This document shows, piece after piece, positions 55,837-64,000 of a DNA stretch of 64,000 nt. The stretch is from positions 79,649 through 143,648 of the forward strand of contig JAHJTV010000066.1 in assembly GCA_018829445.1 (NCBI GenBank). Reading direction: 5' to 3'. The stretch is from a bacterium. GTDB lineage: Bacteria; SAR324; XYD2-FULL-50-16. Every line of letters starts with the position of its first letter. The first letter of the stretch is position 1. The notes beneath the pieces were generated by a model. The model searched no databases and was not told the DNA's origin. It saw only the letters and a list, made by a program, of their open reading frames with translations. Both the position numbers and the translations under genes were made by a program.

Positions 55837-57078
55837 TTGAAAGTACTCCATTCAAACATTAAGATCAGTGTTATAATCCTGAGTATTTCCATCCTTATCG
55901 GCGGTTTGATTAGCCTCATCATCGGCTGGACTGCTGAACGGTTTATTCTGATTACTCCGGGGATTGTAGTTTTTGATTCATTTTTTTTAGGAATTGCAGT
56001 TCTTGTCAGCATGTACTTCACCGGTAATTTTGTCGGAAAAATCAACAATAACAGCCTAATTTTGTTCCTTTCCTTCGGATTATTACTCGGTACAGGGATA
56101 TTCGCTTTTCTCGGTTTTTTTTTCAATTATCCGGCGGCTTTTATCTATTCCAGTAATAAAACGATACCTTTCTTATTAATTAATCTGCTGTTTTTTATTT
56201 CCATCAATATCATTTCCAGTGGTTTTGTCATTTTTCAGCATACTGTTGTTAAAAAAGAAAAAGCTCTGGCAGAAGAAAAAGTCATCAAAACCCAGATGGA
56301 GGCTGAACTCCAAGCTAACAAACGGGTTATGGACAGTATTCAGTATGCAAAAAGGATCCAGAGTTCTTTGTTACCAAGCGAGATGGATATAAAAAAACAT
56401 CTTCCTGATAGTTTTTTCATTTGGTTACCGAGGGATGTTGTCGGGGGCGATGTCTATTTCACCTCTTTTTTTGAACGTGGCTATGTACTGGCTGTTATTG
56501 ATTGTACCGGGCATGGAGTACCGGGTGCTTTCATGACTATGCTGGCTTCTTCAGGATTGAACAGAATTATTAATAGAGAAAGAATTCATGATCCCGCTGA
56601 AATCTTGAAACGATTGAACTTTTTTGTTAAGAAGTCACTGAATCAGGATACTGATGAAGCTCCTTCCGACGACGGTATGGATATCGCGGTCTGTCATGTT
56701 GATTTGCAGGAACGGACCCTGACATTTTCCGGTTCCCGTCTTTCCTTAACGTACCTCTACAATAATGAAGTCCATTCAATAAAAGGCGACAGGCAAAGCA
56801 TAGGATATAAAAAGTCCAATCTGGATTACAGTTTCACAAACCATAAAATACAAATTAAGGAAGGGATGTCTTTTTACCTGTATACCGACGGTATAATCGA
56901 TCAATTGGGTGGGGAAAAACGCTATAGCTTTGGTAGAAGACGATTTAGCAGCCTTATTCGTGAAGCAAGCGAAGAATGTTTCGATGCTCAACAAGATAGA
57001 ATTATCAAAGCATTTGAAAAATACAAAGGTAAAAACGAGATCCAGGACGATGTGACAGTTATCGGATTCAAAGTATAA
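55837..57078 (+). CDS. membrane-anchored PP2C-family (SpoIIE/RsbU-like) serine phosphatase
   Basis: 413 aa. About 5 N-terminal TM helices, a coiled coil, then a PP2C/SpoIIE domain (VGGDVYF, VIDCTGHGVPGAFM, TDGIIDQ, QDDVTVIGF). The TTG start is uncertain. Confidence 0.8.
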   Translation: MKVLHSNIKISVIILSISILIGGLISLIIGWTAERFILITPGIVVFDSFFLGIAVLVSMYFTGNFVGKINNNSLILFLSFGLLLGTGIFAFLGFFFNYPAAFIYSSNKTIPFLLINLLFFISINIISSGFVIFQHTVVKKEKALAEEKVIKTQMEAELQANKRVMDSIQYAKRIQSSLLPSEMDIKKHLPDSFFIWLPRDVVGGDVYFTSFFERGYVLAVIDCTGHGVPGAFMTMLASSGLNRIINRERIHDPAEILKRLNFFVKKSLNQDTDEAPSDDGMDIAVCHVDLQERTLTFSGSRLSLTYLYNNEVHSIKGDRQSIGYKKSNLDYSFTNHKIQIKEGMSFYLYTDGIIDQLGGEKRYSFGRRRFSSLIREASEECFDAQQDRIIKAFEKYKGKNEIQDDVTVIGFKV

Positions 57079-57275
57079 AGCGACTTAAAAATGGCTCTTT
57101 ATCGAAATGTTTATCCACACATCGATATTCAGTCGCCAAATACAGATTTGAATGGCATCTTTGTACTCAAAGATCAGAAAATCCCGAGTCGTAATCATTG
57201 AGGTCAATATTTTATAAAATGCAGTCTTGATCCATTTGTTTACAAAGGAGTCAAGACGAGTTGCAGGAGAAATTA

Positions 57276-58388
57276 ATGATCAAAAAGACAATTTTAATTC
57301 TAATCGCCATATTACATGTTGGGCTCAATTTGAATGCAGTTGTGTTGAAACATGAAGCGGACGAATTGATAGAATCCGGGCAGTATGAAGAGGATTATCT
57401 TTTTGTTGGGAACAGGCTTGAGTTTAGCGGAAAAGCCAAAGATCTGTTCGCCTTCGGGGAGACAATTGACTTTTCCGGTACAACAACTCTGGCAATAACA
57501 ACAGCTGCCAAATTGATTGGAGTGTCCGGATCAATCGGAAATGGAATCAAGGCCGCCGGACAAACAATAACTATTGAGGGAAAAACGACAGGCACCAGTT
57601 TTTTGGCTGGCGATACCATCCTGTTTGGTCAAAAGAGTCAAATCGATGGGGATACCCTGGTTGGAGCCAGAAAGGTCACTATCAAAGGGAAAATGATCGG
57701 AGATTTATATGCCGGAGTCGGTGAACTGTCTGTTCAAAATGAAATCCAAGGTAATGTGAATGTTTATGCAGGAGAGTTGACCATACCGGAACCGGGAAGA
57801 ATCACTGGGAATCTGATCTATCATTCTGAGCACGAATTGAGAGCAGAAGAAGCCGCACGCGTGGCAGGAAAAATTACTTTCGAAAAAACGGAAAGCAGCG
57901 AATCTTTCGATCGTTTCAATGAAGGTTTTTTTTCGGTATCGTTTTGGTTTGAGCTTTTCTTCAAGATCTCCTTCATTATTATAGGGCTCCTGATGCTCCT
58001 ATTACCCGCGACCAAAGCAATGGAAAAACGTCAAACCCATAAAGAGGTTTTTTCTCAATCCCTTTGGGGACTTATACCGATTTTTGTGTATCCCTCGGCT
58101 ATTGTCATTTCAATGGTACTGGTGATTACCATACCACTTGGGATCGCACTACTACTGGCTTTCTTCCCGATAATATTAACAACCAAGATCCTGGGTATAA
58201 CTTTAATCGGAAATTTAATCTCCAACCAACTAAGTCTCAATATAAACAGCCGTTATCTGTTTTTTCTTATCGCTGCCATCCTTTACTCTGCACTCAGCTT
58301 TATTCCCTATTTAGGCTTTTTACTCATGCTGATTGTAAGTAGCATCGGATGTGGATGGATCACATTCTCGCTCTTTCAAAAAAGATAA
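57276..58388 (+). CDS. beta-helical (bactofilin/polymer-forming-like) repeat protein with signal peptide and C-terminal multi-TM anchor
   Basis: The ATG at 57276 follows GCAGGAGA. Signal peptide (MIKKTILILIAILHVGLNLNA). Repeated G-x-[IV]-x-G/[IV]-x-[IV]-x-G segments (FSGKAKDLFAFGETIDFSG..., KVTIKGKMIGDLYAG..., IQGNVNVYAGELTI). 4-5 C-terminal TM helices. Confidence 0.65.
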   Translation: MIKKTILILIAILHVGLNLNAVVLKHEADELIESGQYEEDYLFVGNRLEFSGKAKDLFAFGETIDFSGTTTLAITTAAKLIGVSGSIGNGIKAAGQTITIEGKTTGTSFLAGDTILFGQKSQIDGDTLVGARKVTIKGKMIGDLYAGVGELSVQNEIQGNVNVYAGELTIPEPGRITGNLIYHSEHELRAEEAARVAGKITFEKTESSESFDRFNEGFFSVSFWFELFFKISFIIIGLLMLLLPATKAMEKRQTHKEVFSQSLWGLIPIFVYPSAIVISMVLVITIPLGIALLLAFFPIILTTKILGITLIGNLISNQLSLNINSRYLFFLIAAILYSALSFIPYLGFLLMLIVSSIGCGWITFSLFQKR

Positions 58389-58402
58389 TGGGGGTCAGAT
58401 AA

Positions 58403-58429
58403 TGGGGGTCAGGTCTTTCATTTTGACAT
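58403..58429. repeat. dispersed 27-bp repeat TGGGGGTCAGGTCTTTCATTTTGACAT, preceded by a partial tandem copy
   Basis: Reverse complement of 721..747 (ATGTCAAAATTAAAGACCTGACCCCCA) with one mismatch. GATAATGGGGGTCA occurs twice in tandem at 58384..58411. Confidence 0.8.
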
Positions 58430-58746
58430 TTTAATGGATGACCCCGATACTACCGAAACTATTTTGGTCGACCGCTCCTGTCAAAAGGCTGGCAAGCAAT
58501 CGCTCCAAAATGGAAGTGTCATTGACCATGGTGAGGCATTTGGGGGAGTTTTACGTCAGATGGAGCAGTCGACTTCCTGTACGGCAAGGAGCAGGGCAGT
58601 TGTTATGCGTTCTTTACGGCTGTAGTTCTTGTTAGATTTTCTAATACTTCCTCTTACCACAATTTGGAATTATCAGAAAAATAATAAAGTACACGCTTTT
58701 CCAATGGTGGGTTTTTGTAGAGCAACAGATGGGTTTTCGTTATGGT

Positions 58747-58774
58747 AATAAAGTCACCAAAATGACTTTATTTT
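58747..58774. terminator. stem-loop terminator between convergent genes
   Basis: AATAAAGTCA (58747..58756) pairs with TGACTTTATT (58763..58772) as a perfect 10-bp stem with a T-run on the + strand. It lies 20 nt beyond the csp stop on the minus strand. Confidence 0.5.
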
Positions 58775-58793
58775 AAGAAAACATATCGGCAAA

Positions 58794-58994
58794 CTAAAGC
58801 CGGGTTACATTCGCTGCCGAAGGTCCCTTTTGTCCCTCTTCGATATCAAATGAAACACGATCCCCCTCTTTCAGAGATTTAAAACCTGCTGAATTGATGG
58901 CGGAATGATGAACAAATACATCTTTTCCGCCTTCTTGTTCGATGAATCCAAACCCTTTTGAGTCGTTAAACCATTTTACGGTACCAGTAGCCAT
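58794..58994 (-). CDS. cspA: cold-shock protein (CspA family)
   Basis: The ORF track start is 59156. The real start is the ATG at 58994: [33 protein letters not shown]... (RNP1 KGFGFI, RNP2 VFVHH), 66 aa. Confidence 0.95.
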   Translation of the reverse strand: MATGTVKWFNDSKGFGFIEQEGGKDVFVHHSAINSAGFKSLKEGDRVSFDIEEGQKGPSAANVTRL

Positions 58995-59951
58995 ATCGGC
59001 GATCTCCAATAATTGATAGTTGAATATAAAAAATCCCGGTTTCTTGCGTTGGGGGGTATGCCACTTTTGCTGTTGAGGATGTACACCTTTGGGAGGAAAC
59101 CAATGCACTTCACATAAAACAGTACATCTCCTCCGAGACTGAAGGAATACTGGCAAAAGTCAAGAACTAAATGATTTTTTATTTTCAATTGACATTTATT
59201 TTGCCAAAAATTGACACACATCCAACCGCTTTTACCTGTTAGGCAGCAATAGAACCATCCAAGAAACTGATAATACATCATTTCTTTGCGTTTTAAACTC
59301 TTTCATCGGTCATTTGAAGTGTAATTTTACATGGATCGTATCATCATAAATGGCCATAAAAAAGGGGACGTTGTTGACAAAGTGTACAAACTATTTTCTT
59401 CACAGTACCTATACTGCTGCTATTACAGAGACATCCACCTTCTTGCTGTTTTCTCCAGCAATATTCCCCATTGATCCAGGAATTTGACTGCGCGTATTTC
59501 CTGACTAGAGGTGACGGATAACGTTGGATCCGCGATCGAAACATTGCCATTTCCATAATATCGAGCTTTTTAATCCTTCTTATCTTACATGATGTAATGT
59601 CCTTGGAGAAACCTATCTCAGTACTCTTGGTATTTGCTTCCATTTATTTGAAGTTTATGTTTTTAAAATTATATACATAGGTCTTTATGTATAGATAGAA
59701 TGTCCCCAAAATACTTGTCGAGATGGTGTGAGGGGGCAAACATGCTGCCAGTGTTATAAGTTTGACTCTGCTGGATCATAGGGTATAATCATCAGTATCG
59801 GACAATACATTGTCTGTTTATGAATCATTTGCCCGTTGGATAAAAACGGTTGGTTTAACAGGTAAACTTGGCCATTTATGAAAACAGAGGCAGATAAAGA
59901 GACCTCCCGGTTCCTTCTTCAGGATGTGAAAAGCAGAAAAGATAACAAGAT

Positions 59952-60854
59952 ATGAAGGTTTTAATTCAATTGCTTATCATCAGTTTATTATTGCTGCTAT
60001 TTGTTGTTCTGGGGGTTTCATGGTATTTTACTTCCGGTTTGCTGCAACCGGGAAGCAAGGACTGTTCTGCAGAGCACTACGTTTTTTGTAACAAGCCATC
60101 TGAACTGGATTTACCTTTTGAAGATGTAGCTTTTCAAACGAAAGATGGGGTGACTATAAGGGGTTGGTATATTAACGGGAAATCTAAAAATGCCGGTATC
60201 CTGTTGGTACATGGCAGTAATGGTTCAAGACATGCCGGTTTAAGATATGCTCCCTCTCTGTATGAGAAAGGCTTTAATCTTCTGTTGATTGATTTAAGAA
60301 ACTGTGGAGAGAGTGAGGACTTTTACGATTCCATGGGATTCCATGAAAGAAATGATATCCATGCCGGGATTAAATTCCTCACAGAAATCAAAAACCTCTC
60401 TTCTATCGGGGTCTTTGGATTTTCCATGGGTGGCGCCGCTGCGATAATGGCAATGTCGGAGAACCCGTTAATCAAAGCAGGAGTGTTTGAATCATCGTTT
60501 TCAGATGTTGAGTCTGTCATTGCGGATGAGTTAAAAAACAGGTTCAGGATGTTCCCCAATCCAATGATCTCCTTGGTCAAATCTCTTTATGAAAAAAGAA
60601 TTGACGGGGATATTTCCAATTTAACGCCACTAATTGCTATTCCCAGAATATTCCCCAGACCCATTTTTATTATTCATGGAACAGGAGACAACAAGTTTCC
60701 CATCATACACGGAGTGAAGCTTTATATTGCTGCCAAATATCCAAAAAAGATATGGCCCGTCAAAAACGGAAAACATGCACGATCCTGGCAGGCCGATAGG
60801 GTCCGGGCGGAAAAGGAGGTGCCGCAGTACTTCCAGGAGCACTTGAAGTTATAA
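59952..60854 (+). CDS. alpha/beta hydrolase with N-terminal membrane anchor
   Basis: 300 aa. One TM helix, a nucleophile elbow GFSMGG, and a HG..D...P region. Confidence 0.8.
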   Translation: MKVLIQLLIISLLLLLFVVLGVSWYFTSGLLQPGSKDCSAEHYVFCNKPSELDLPFEDVAFQTKDGVTIRGWYINGKSKNAGILLVHGSNGSRHAGLRYAPSLYEKGFNLLLIDLRNCGESEDFYDSMGFHERNDIHAGIKFLTEIKNLSSIGVFGFSMGGAAAIMAMSENPLIKAGVFESSFSDVESVIADELKNRFRMFPNPMISLVKSLYEKRIDGDISNLTPLIAIPRIFPRPIFIIHGTGDNKFPIIHGVKLYIAAKYPKKIWPVKNGKHARSWQADRVRAEKEVPQYFQEHLKL

Positions 60855-61242
60855 AACCATCCCCCATTAATGGCTATTCTGTTACACCCTCCTTTTTTGA
60901 TGATTCTACTTTATCAGGAGAAAATGCCATTTCCTCCATTATCCAAGTGTTTACCGAAAGTAAGTGGTAATTTGGTCGAAAGGATCTCAAATCTTGATTT
61001 GGGTGATTTACGATCGAATGCCATAAATAGGTGATTAAGCTCTGAAAAAACACCCCGTTTTAAGCCTTAGAAGCAACTTTTAAAATATCGGTTTTTAAAA
61101 ATTATTCTCCCTTAAAGAGAAGTGATTCACCTAAAGTAGCCACAACATCAGTCTTCACCTGGAAAGTATTTATTAATAGGGGAGTTGGAGTGAGAAGAAA
61201 CAGTTAAGAGTTTCTTTACAAATCATAAGGAAGGCGCTATAT

Positions 61243-61271
61243 CCAGGGTTGTCTCAGTGAGACAATCCTGG
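61243..61271. promoter_or_regulatory. 29-bp palindrome CCAGGGTTGTCTC-AGT-GAGACAATCCTGG upstream of the sigma-54 activator gene
   Basis: 13-bp arms with 1 mismatch and a 3-nt centre. Shares the TTGTCTC/GAGACAA half-sites with the palindromes at 63161..63206. Lies ~125 nt upstream of the ATG at 61398. Confidence 0.4.
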
Positions 61272-61397
61272 TATTGTTTAAATCGTTCATTGGTAAAGTA
61301 AAGTGTTTAAAAAGTTAGTGTAGCCGGGGCAACAGTTCAAACTCTGATGTTAATCCGACTGCTTTGTCGTTTAACATACTTCGGAGCTAGTATTGCG

Positions 61398-63158
61398 ATG
61401 CTTGGAAGCAGAATTCTTTTTTTGAGTAAGCACAACGCAGTCAGAAGCCAATTGGCTGAAGCTTATGCCAGGCAGTTATGCAAAAAGGGCGTTACCATTA
61501 GTAGCGGCGGGGTTGATACAATTTTGCCTATACATCCGATTGTCTCAAAGGAACTAAAAAAGTTGGGTTGTTCGGATCAGGTTAGCAAATCAATCGATGA
61601 ATTCCGAGAAGATCGATTTGATTTGGTAATCACCCTCGGTATCGCAGCTAAAGATAGAATAACTGCATTGCCAGGGGCACCGGTCATGGTTCACTGGCGT
61701 GTTGATGATCCTTTAACAGATGACTCTCCAAAAATCTCCTCAAAGAAACAGGTCAATCAGTGTATCGATCAAGTCAAAACTCTGGTAACCCACTTGTTTT
61801 CCGATGGTTACCTCGATGCTATTATTCCGCAGAAGCGAAATACGGACCGGATTTTTGACAGTCTTTCTGAAGGCATTATCGCCCATGATATCAACAAAAA
61901 AGTCTTCCTGTTCAGCAAACGGGCTTCTGAAATAACCGGGATTTCAGAAGAAAAAGCGATGTCCTGTGAGTGTCATGACATTTTTGACAGCCCGTTGTGC
62001 GGTCCGAAATGCTCGTTTTGCAATGATAATTCCATAGATGAATTTGAGACTAAAGAATATAACTCCGTATTTTACGATTCAAACGGTGTGAGAAAGGAAT
62101 GCCATGTTACGGTGGTTCCCATCAGGAGTGAGTCAGGGGAAATGCAAGGGGTTGTTGCTTCTCTCCAGGATCTAACCAGCCAAAAATCGTTGGAGTGGTT
62201 GTTGGGAAGGGAAAAGGTTTACGAGGGTATTGTCGGAAACGATTCTAAAATGCTGCAGATTTTTCAACAAATCCGAGACGTTTCGGCCTATGAATATCCG
62301 GTCCATATCTCAGGAGAGACTGGAACCGGCAAGGAGTTGGTCGCGAAAGCAATCCACAACGAAAGTACCAGAAAGAGCGAACCATTTATTCCAATCAATT
62401 GTGGTGCTTTACCAACAGGTCTTATTGAAAGTGAACTTTTCGGTCATGTAAAAGGCTCTTTTACCGGTGCCATACGAGATAAAAAAGGACGCTTTGAACT
62501 CGCAAACAAAGGGACCATCTTTTTGGACGAAGTCGCCGACCTGCCGAAACATGTACAGGTTAAACTTTTACGGTTTTTACAAGAGGGTATTTTGGAAAGG
62601 GTTGGCAGTGAAAACAGCATAAAGGTCGACGTAAGGGTCATCAGCGCTACCAATGTTGATCTTCAGACGGCTGTTGATCAGCATGATTTTCGTGATGATC
62701 TGTTTTACCGGTTAAATGTCATACCCATCGATCTTCCTCCTCTGCGCCACCGGAAGAATGATATTCCCCTGTTGTGTGATCATTTTTTAAATCAGGCCAA
62801 CGAAGAAAATCAATCACAACACCTGCGTATGTCCAATCGAGCATTATCTTTACTGATGGACTACGATTGGCCCGGAAATGTACGAGAGCTTGAAAACGCA
62901 ATTCGCTTCGCCATTGTCAAATGCCAGGGACATACCATCAATCCCGACGACCTCCCTCCGAAGATCGGGAATTCCGAGAAGCCGGTCAGGTCAAGCAGTA
63001 ATGCCGTCCAACTGGACAGGCAAGCGGTTGTTGATGCATTGCGTGTTGCCGAAGGACACAAGGGGAAAACGGCCAAACTGCTGGGAATTGGACGCGCCAC
63101 TCTGTATCGTTTTTTCGAGAAAAATCCTGATCTCATTAAGAAGAGAGCTTCATCATAG
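61398..63158 (+). CDS. sigma-54-dependent activator with an N-terminal catalytically degenerate LMW-PTP/ArsC-like domain, a Cys-rich PAS domain, AAA+ and HTH
   Basis: The ORF track start is 61347; the ATG at 61398 (MLGSRILFLSKHNAVRSQLAEAYA) begins the LMW-PTP fold. The P-loop CxGNxCRS is replaced by SKHNAVRS. PAS carries CECHDIFDSPLCGPKCSFC. Also Walker A GETGTGKE, ESELFGHVKGSFTGA, and HTH TAKLLGIGRATLYRF. Confidence 0.85.
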   Translation: MLGSRILFLSKHNAVRSQLAEAYARQLCKKGVTISSGGVDTILPIHPIVSKELKKLGCSDQVSKSIDEFREDRFDLVITLGIAAKDRITALPGAPVMVHWRVDDPLTDDSPKISSKKQVNQCIDQVKTLVTHLFSDGYLDAIIPQKRNTDRIFDSLSEGIIAHDINKKVFLFSKRASEITGISEEKAMSCECHDIFDSPLCGPKCSFCNDNSIDEFETKEYNSVFYDSNGVRKECHVTVVPIRSESGEMQGVVASLQDLTSQKSLEWLLGREKVYEGIVGNDSKMLQIFQQIRDVSAYEYPVHISGETGTGKELVAKAIHNESTRKSEPFIPINCGALPTGLIESELFGHVKGSFTGAIRDKKGRFELANKGTIFLDEVADLPKHVQVKLLRFLQEGILERVGSENSIKVDVRVISATNVDLQTAVDQHDFRDDLFYRLNVIPIDLPPLRHRKNDIPLLCDHFLNQANEENQSQHLRMSNRALSLLMDYDWPGNVRELENAIRFAIVKCQGHTINPDDLPPKIGNSEKPVRSSSNAVQLDRQAVVDALRVAEGHKGKTAKLLGIGRATLYRFFEKNPDLIKKRASS

Positions 63159-63160
63159 CA

Positions 63161-63206
63161 TTTTGTCTCTTGAGACAAAATTTGTCCCGGTGCCTGCTGG
63201 GACAAA
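63161..63206. promoter_or_regulatory. two adjacent palindromes built from TTTGTCYC half-sites (candidate activator UAS, or terminator)
   Basis: TTTTGTCTC-TT-GAGACAAAA (63161..63180) is directly followed by TTTGTCCC-GGTGCCTGCT-GGGACAAA (63181..63206). The pair begins 3 nt after the activator stop codon and lies ~175-220 bp upstream of the candidate -24/-12 element. Confidence 0.4.
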
Positions 63207-63378
63207 AATAAATACTAAAAAAGACGTAATATCAATAATTAACAGATTCTCCCTTCAAACCGATAAACCCACCCACCTCAATCCGTTTGTCTCACCATCC
63301 TTGTATTTCCTAATTAATTTTTAAGGAATTCAATTTATGTATTTGTAATATTGAACTAAAATTAGTTTTAGCTGGAAT

Positions 63379-63394
63379 TGGTACGATACTTGGA
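63379..63394 (+). promoter_or_regulatory. candidate sigma-54 promoter upstream of the radical SAM gene
   Basis: TGGTACGATACTTGGA against consensus TGGCACG-N4-TTGCW. The spacing is correct, but -12 reads TTGG, not TTGC, and -24 has T for C. Lies ~130 nt upstream of the ATG at 63522. Confidence 0.3.
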
Positions 63395-63521
63395 ACATGT
63401 TCACCAAAGCTAATTCATTCTTGTTTAAACCATCAACTTATATAAAACCGACCATACTCACTCTTTAGTCGGTTGATGAACTTTCCAATAAGATTTTAAA
63501 GCTCATACAAAGGAGAACGCG

Positions 63522-64000
63522 ATGCTAAATGGAATCCATTTTTTACTGACTTACAAGTGTAATTTCGGTTGTGATCATTGTTTTTTGTATTGTGGTCCCT
63601 CAGCCAATGGGGTGTTTACACTGCAACAACTGGATGAAATCATGGCAGATGCAAAAAAAATGGAAACAGTGGATACAATCTACTTTGAGGGAGGAGAACC
63701 GTTTCTGTATTTTCCGCTGTTGCAGGCAGGTATCAAATCAGCCCGAAAACATGGATTTTCAACCGGGATTGTGACCAACTCATATTGGGCGACATCGGTT
63801 GATGATGCCATGCTGTGGTTGGCACCACTCAAGGAACAGGGAATATCCTATATCGGATTGAGCGATGATTCGTTTCACTACGGCACTAGAATAGATACCC
63901 CGCCGAAAAACGCATACAAGGCCTGTAAACTGCTGGGAATTGACTGCGATTATTTTTGTATTGATGAACCGAAGGTAAAGACAAAGGCTGAAAATAACAG
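63522..64000 (+). CDS. radical SAM protein, N-terminal part (runs off the right edge)
   Basis: Not in the ORF track in this frame. The ATG at 63522 follows RBS AAGGAGA: MLNGIHFLLTYKCNFGCDHCFLYCGP... (CxxxCxxC cluster motif), then YFEGGEPFLYF and GIVTNSYW. The frame is open to 64000. Confidence 0.8.
   Translation, partial: MLNGIHFLLTYKCNFGCDHCFLYCGPSANGVFTLQQLDEIMADAKKMETVDTIYFEGGEPFLYFPLLQAGIKSARKHGFSTGIVTNSYWATSVDDAMLWLAPLKEQGISYIGLSDDSFHYGTRIDTPPKNAYKACKLLGIDCDYFCIDEPKVKTKAENN

Noticed and set aside
58434-58635. Two overlapping ~65-codon + strand ORFs, and a minus-strand reading that vaguely resembles a transposase or resolvase HTH (..KERITTALLLAVQEVDCSI.. / ..MVNDTSILERL..)
   Set aside because: The similarity is too weak and needs two frameshifts. 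There are no DDE or serine-recombinase motifs. Left unannotated despite sitting next to the 27-bp repeat.
59344-59643. 99-codon minus-strand ORF between csp and the hydrolase gene
   Set aside because: No RBS and no motif. It is Cys/Ser/Lys-rich with odd composition and lies in an AT-rich promoter region. Probably non-coding.

Overview
AT-leaning 64-kb chromosomal segment. The gene content (TRAP transporter, Mo/Fe-S enzyme remnants, three sigma-54 activators, many hybrid kinases) and the GC-rich palindromic intergenic repeats suggest a Desulfobacterota (Desulfobacteraceae-like) genome; this is inference only. About 50 credible CDSs. I saw no rRNA, tRNA, CRISPR array, intact IS or prophage. Layout: (1) 1-2.6 kb is a decayed accessory patch. 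It holds a RelE/ParE + Phd/YefM toxin-antitoxin pair bracketed by two ~125-bp direct repeats, and a frameshifted YgjP/DUF45 metallopeptidase relic. (2) 2.6-15.3 kb carries metabolic and housekeeping genes: SAM methyltransferase, beta-CASP MBL hydrolase, acyl-CoA ligase with a MerR regulator, 2-hydroxyacid dehydrogenase, nitroreductase, FAD oxidoreductase, GPH-type symporter and a membrane protein. (3) 15.3-16.2 kb is a repeat-rich spacer with a REP-like composite repeat and a 285-bp MITE-like element. (4) 16.2-20.7 kb has an OmpR/HK pair, a CBS protein and an orphan kinase. (5) 20.8-25.8 kb has a TRAP transporter and a small Fe-S protein, then a 5'-truncated molybdopterin oxidoreductase facing a 5'-truncated sigma-54 activator, which looks like a deletion scar. 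(6) 25.8-48.1 kb is a 22-kb single-strand signalling supercluster: hybrid PAS kinase, NtrC-like regulator, then a Che-like pathway (2 MCP, 3 CheW, CheA-REC, CheB, CheR-TPR, REC, REC-HK) ending in a REC-HD-GYP protein whose HD dyad reads HN, and a REC-GAF hybrid kinase. (7) 48.5-64 kb has YbaK, a second nitroreductase, an SBP + PAS kinase, pyruvate kinase, a membrane PP2C phosphatase, a beta-helical membrane protein, a cold-shock protein, an alpha/beta hydrolase, a sigma-54 activator with a catalytically dead LMW-PTP/ArsC-like N-domain flanked by TTGTCYC palindromes, and the start of a radical SAM gene. The best candidate for something undescribed is the Che-like pathway wired to a degenerate HD-GYP plus phosphorelay output. 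The second is the pseudo-phosphatase sigma-54 activator / palindrome / radical SAM unit at the right edge. All calls rest on motif recognition by eye; no searches were run.
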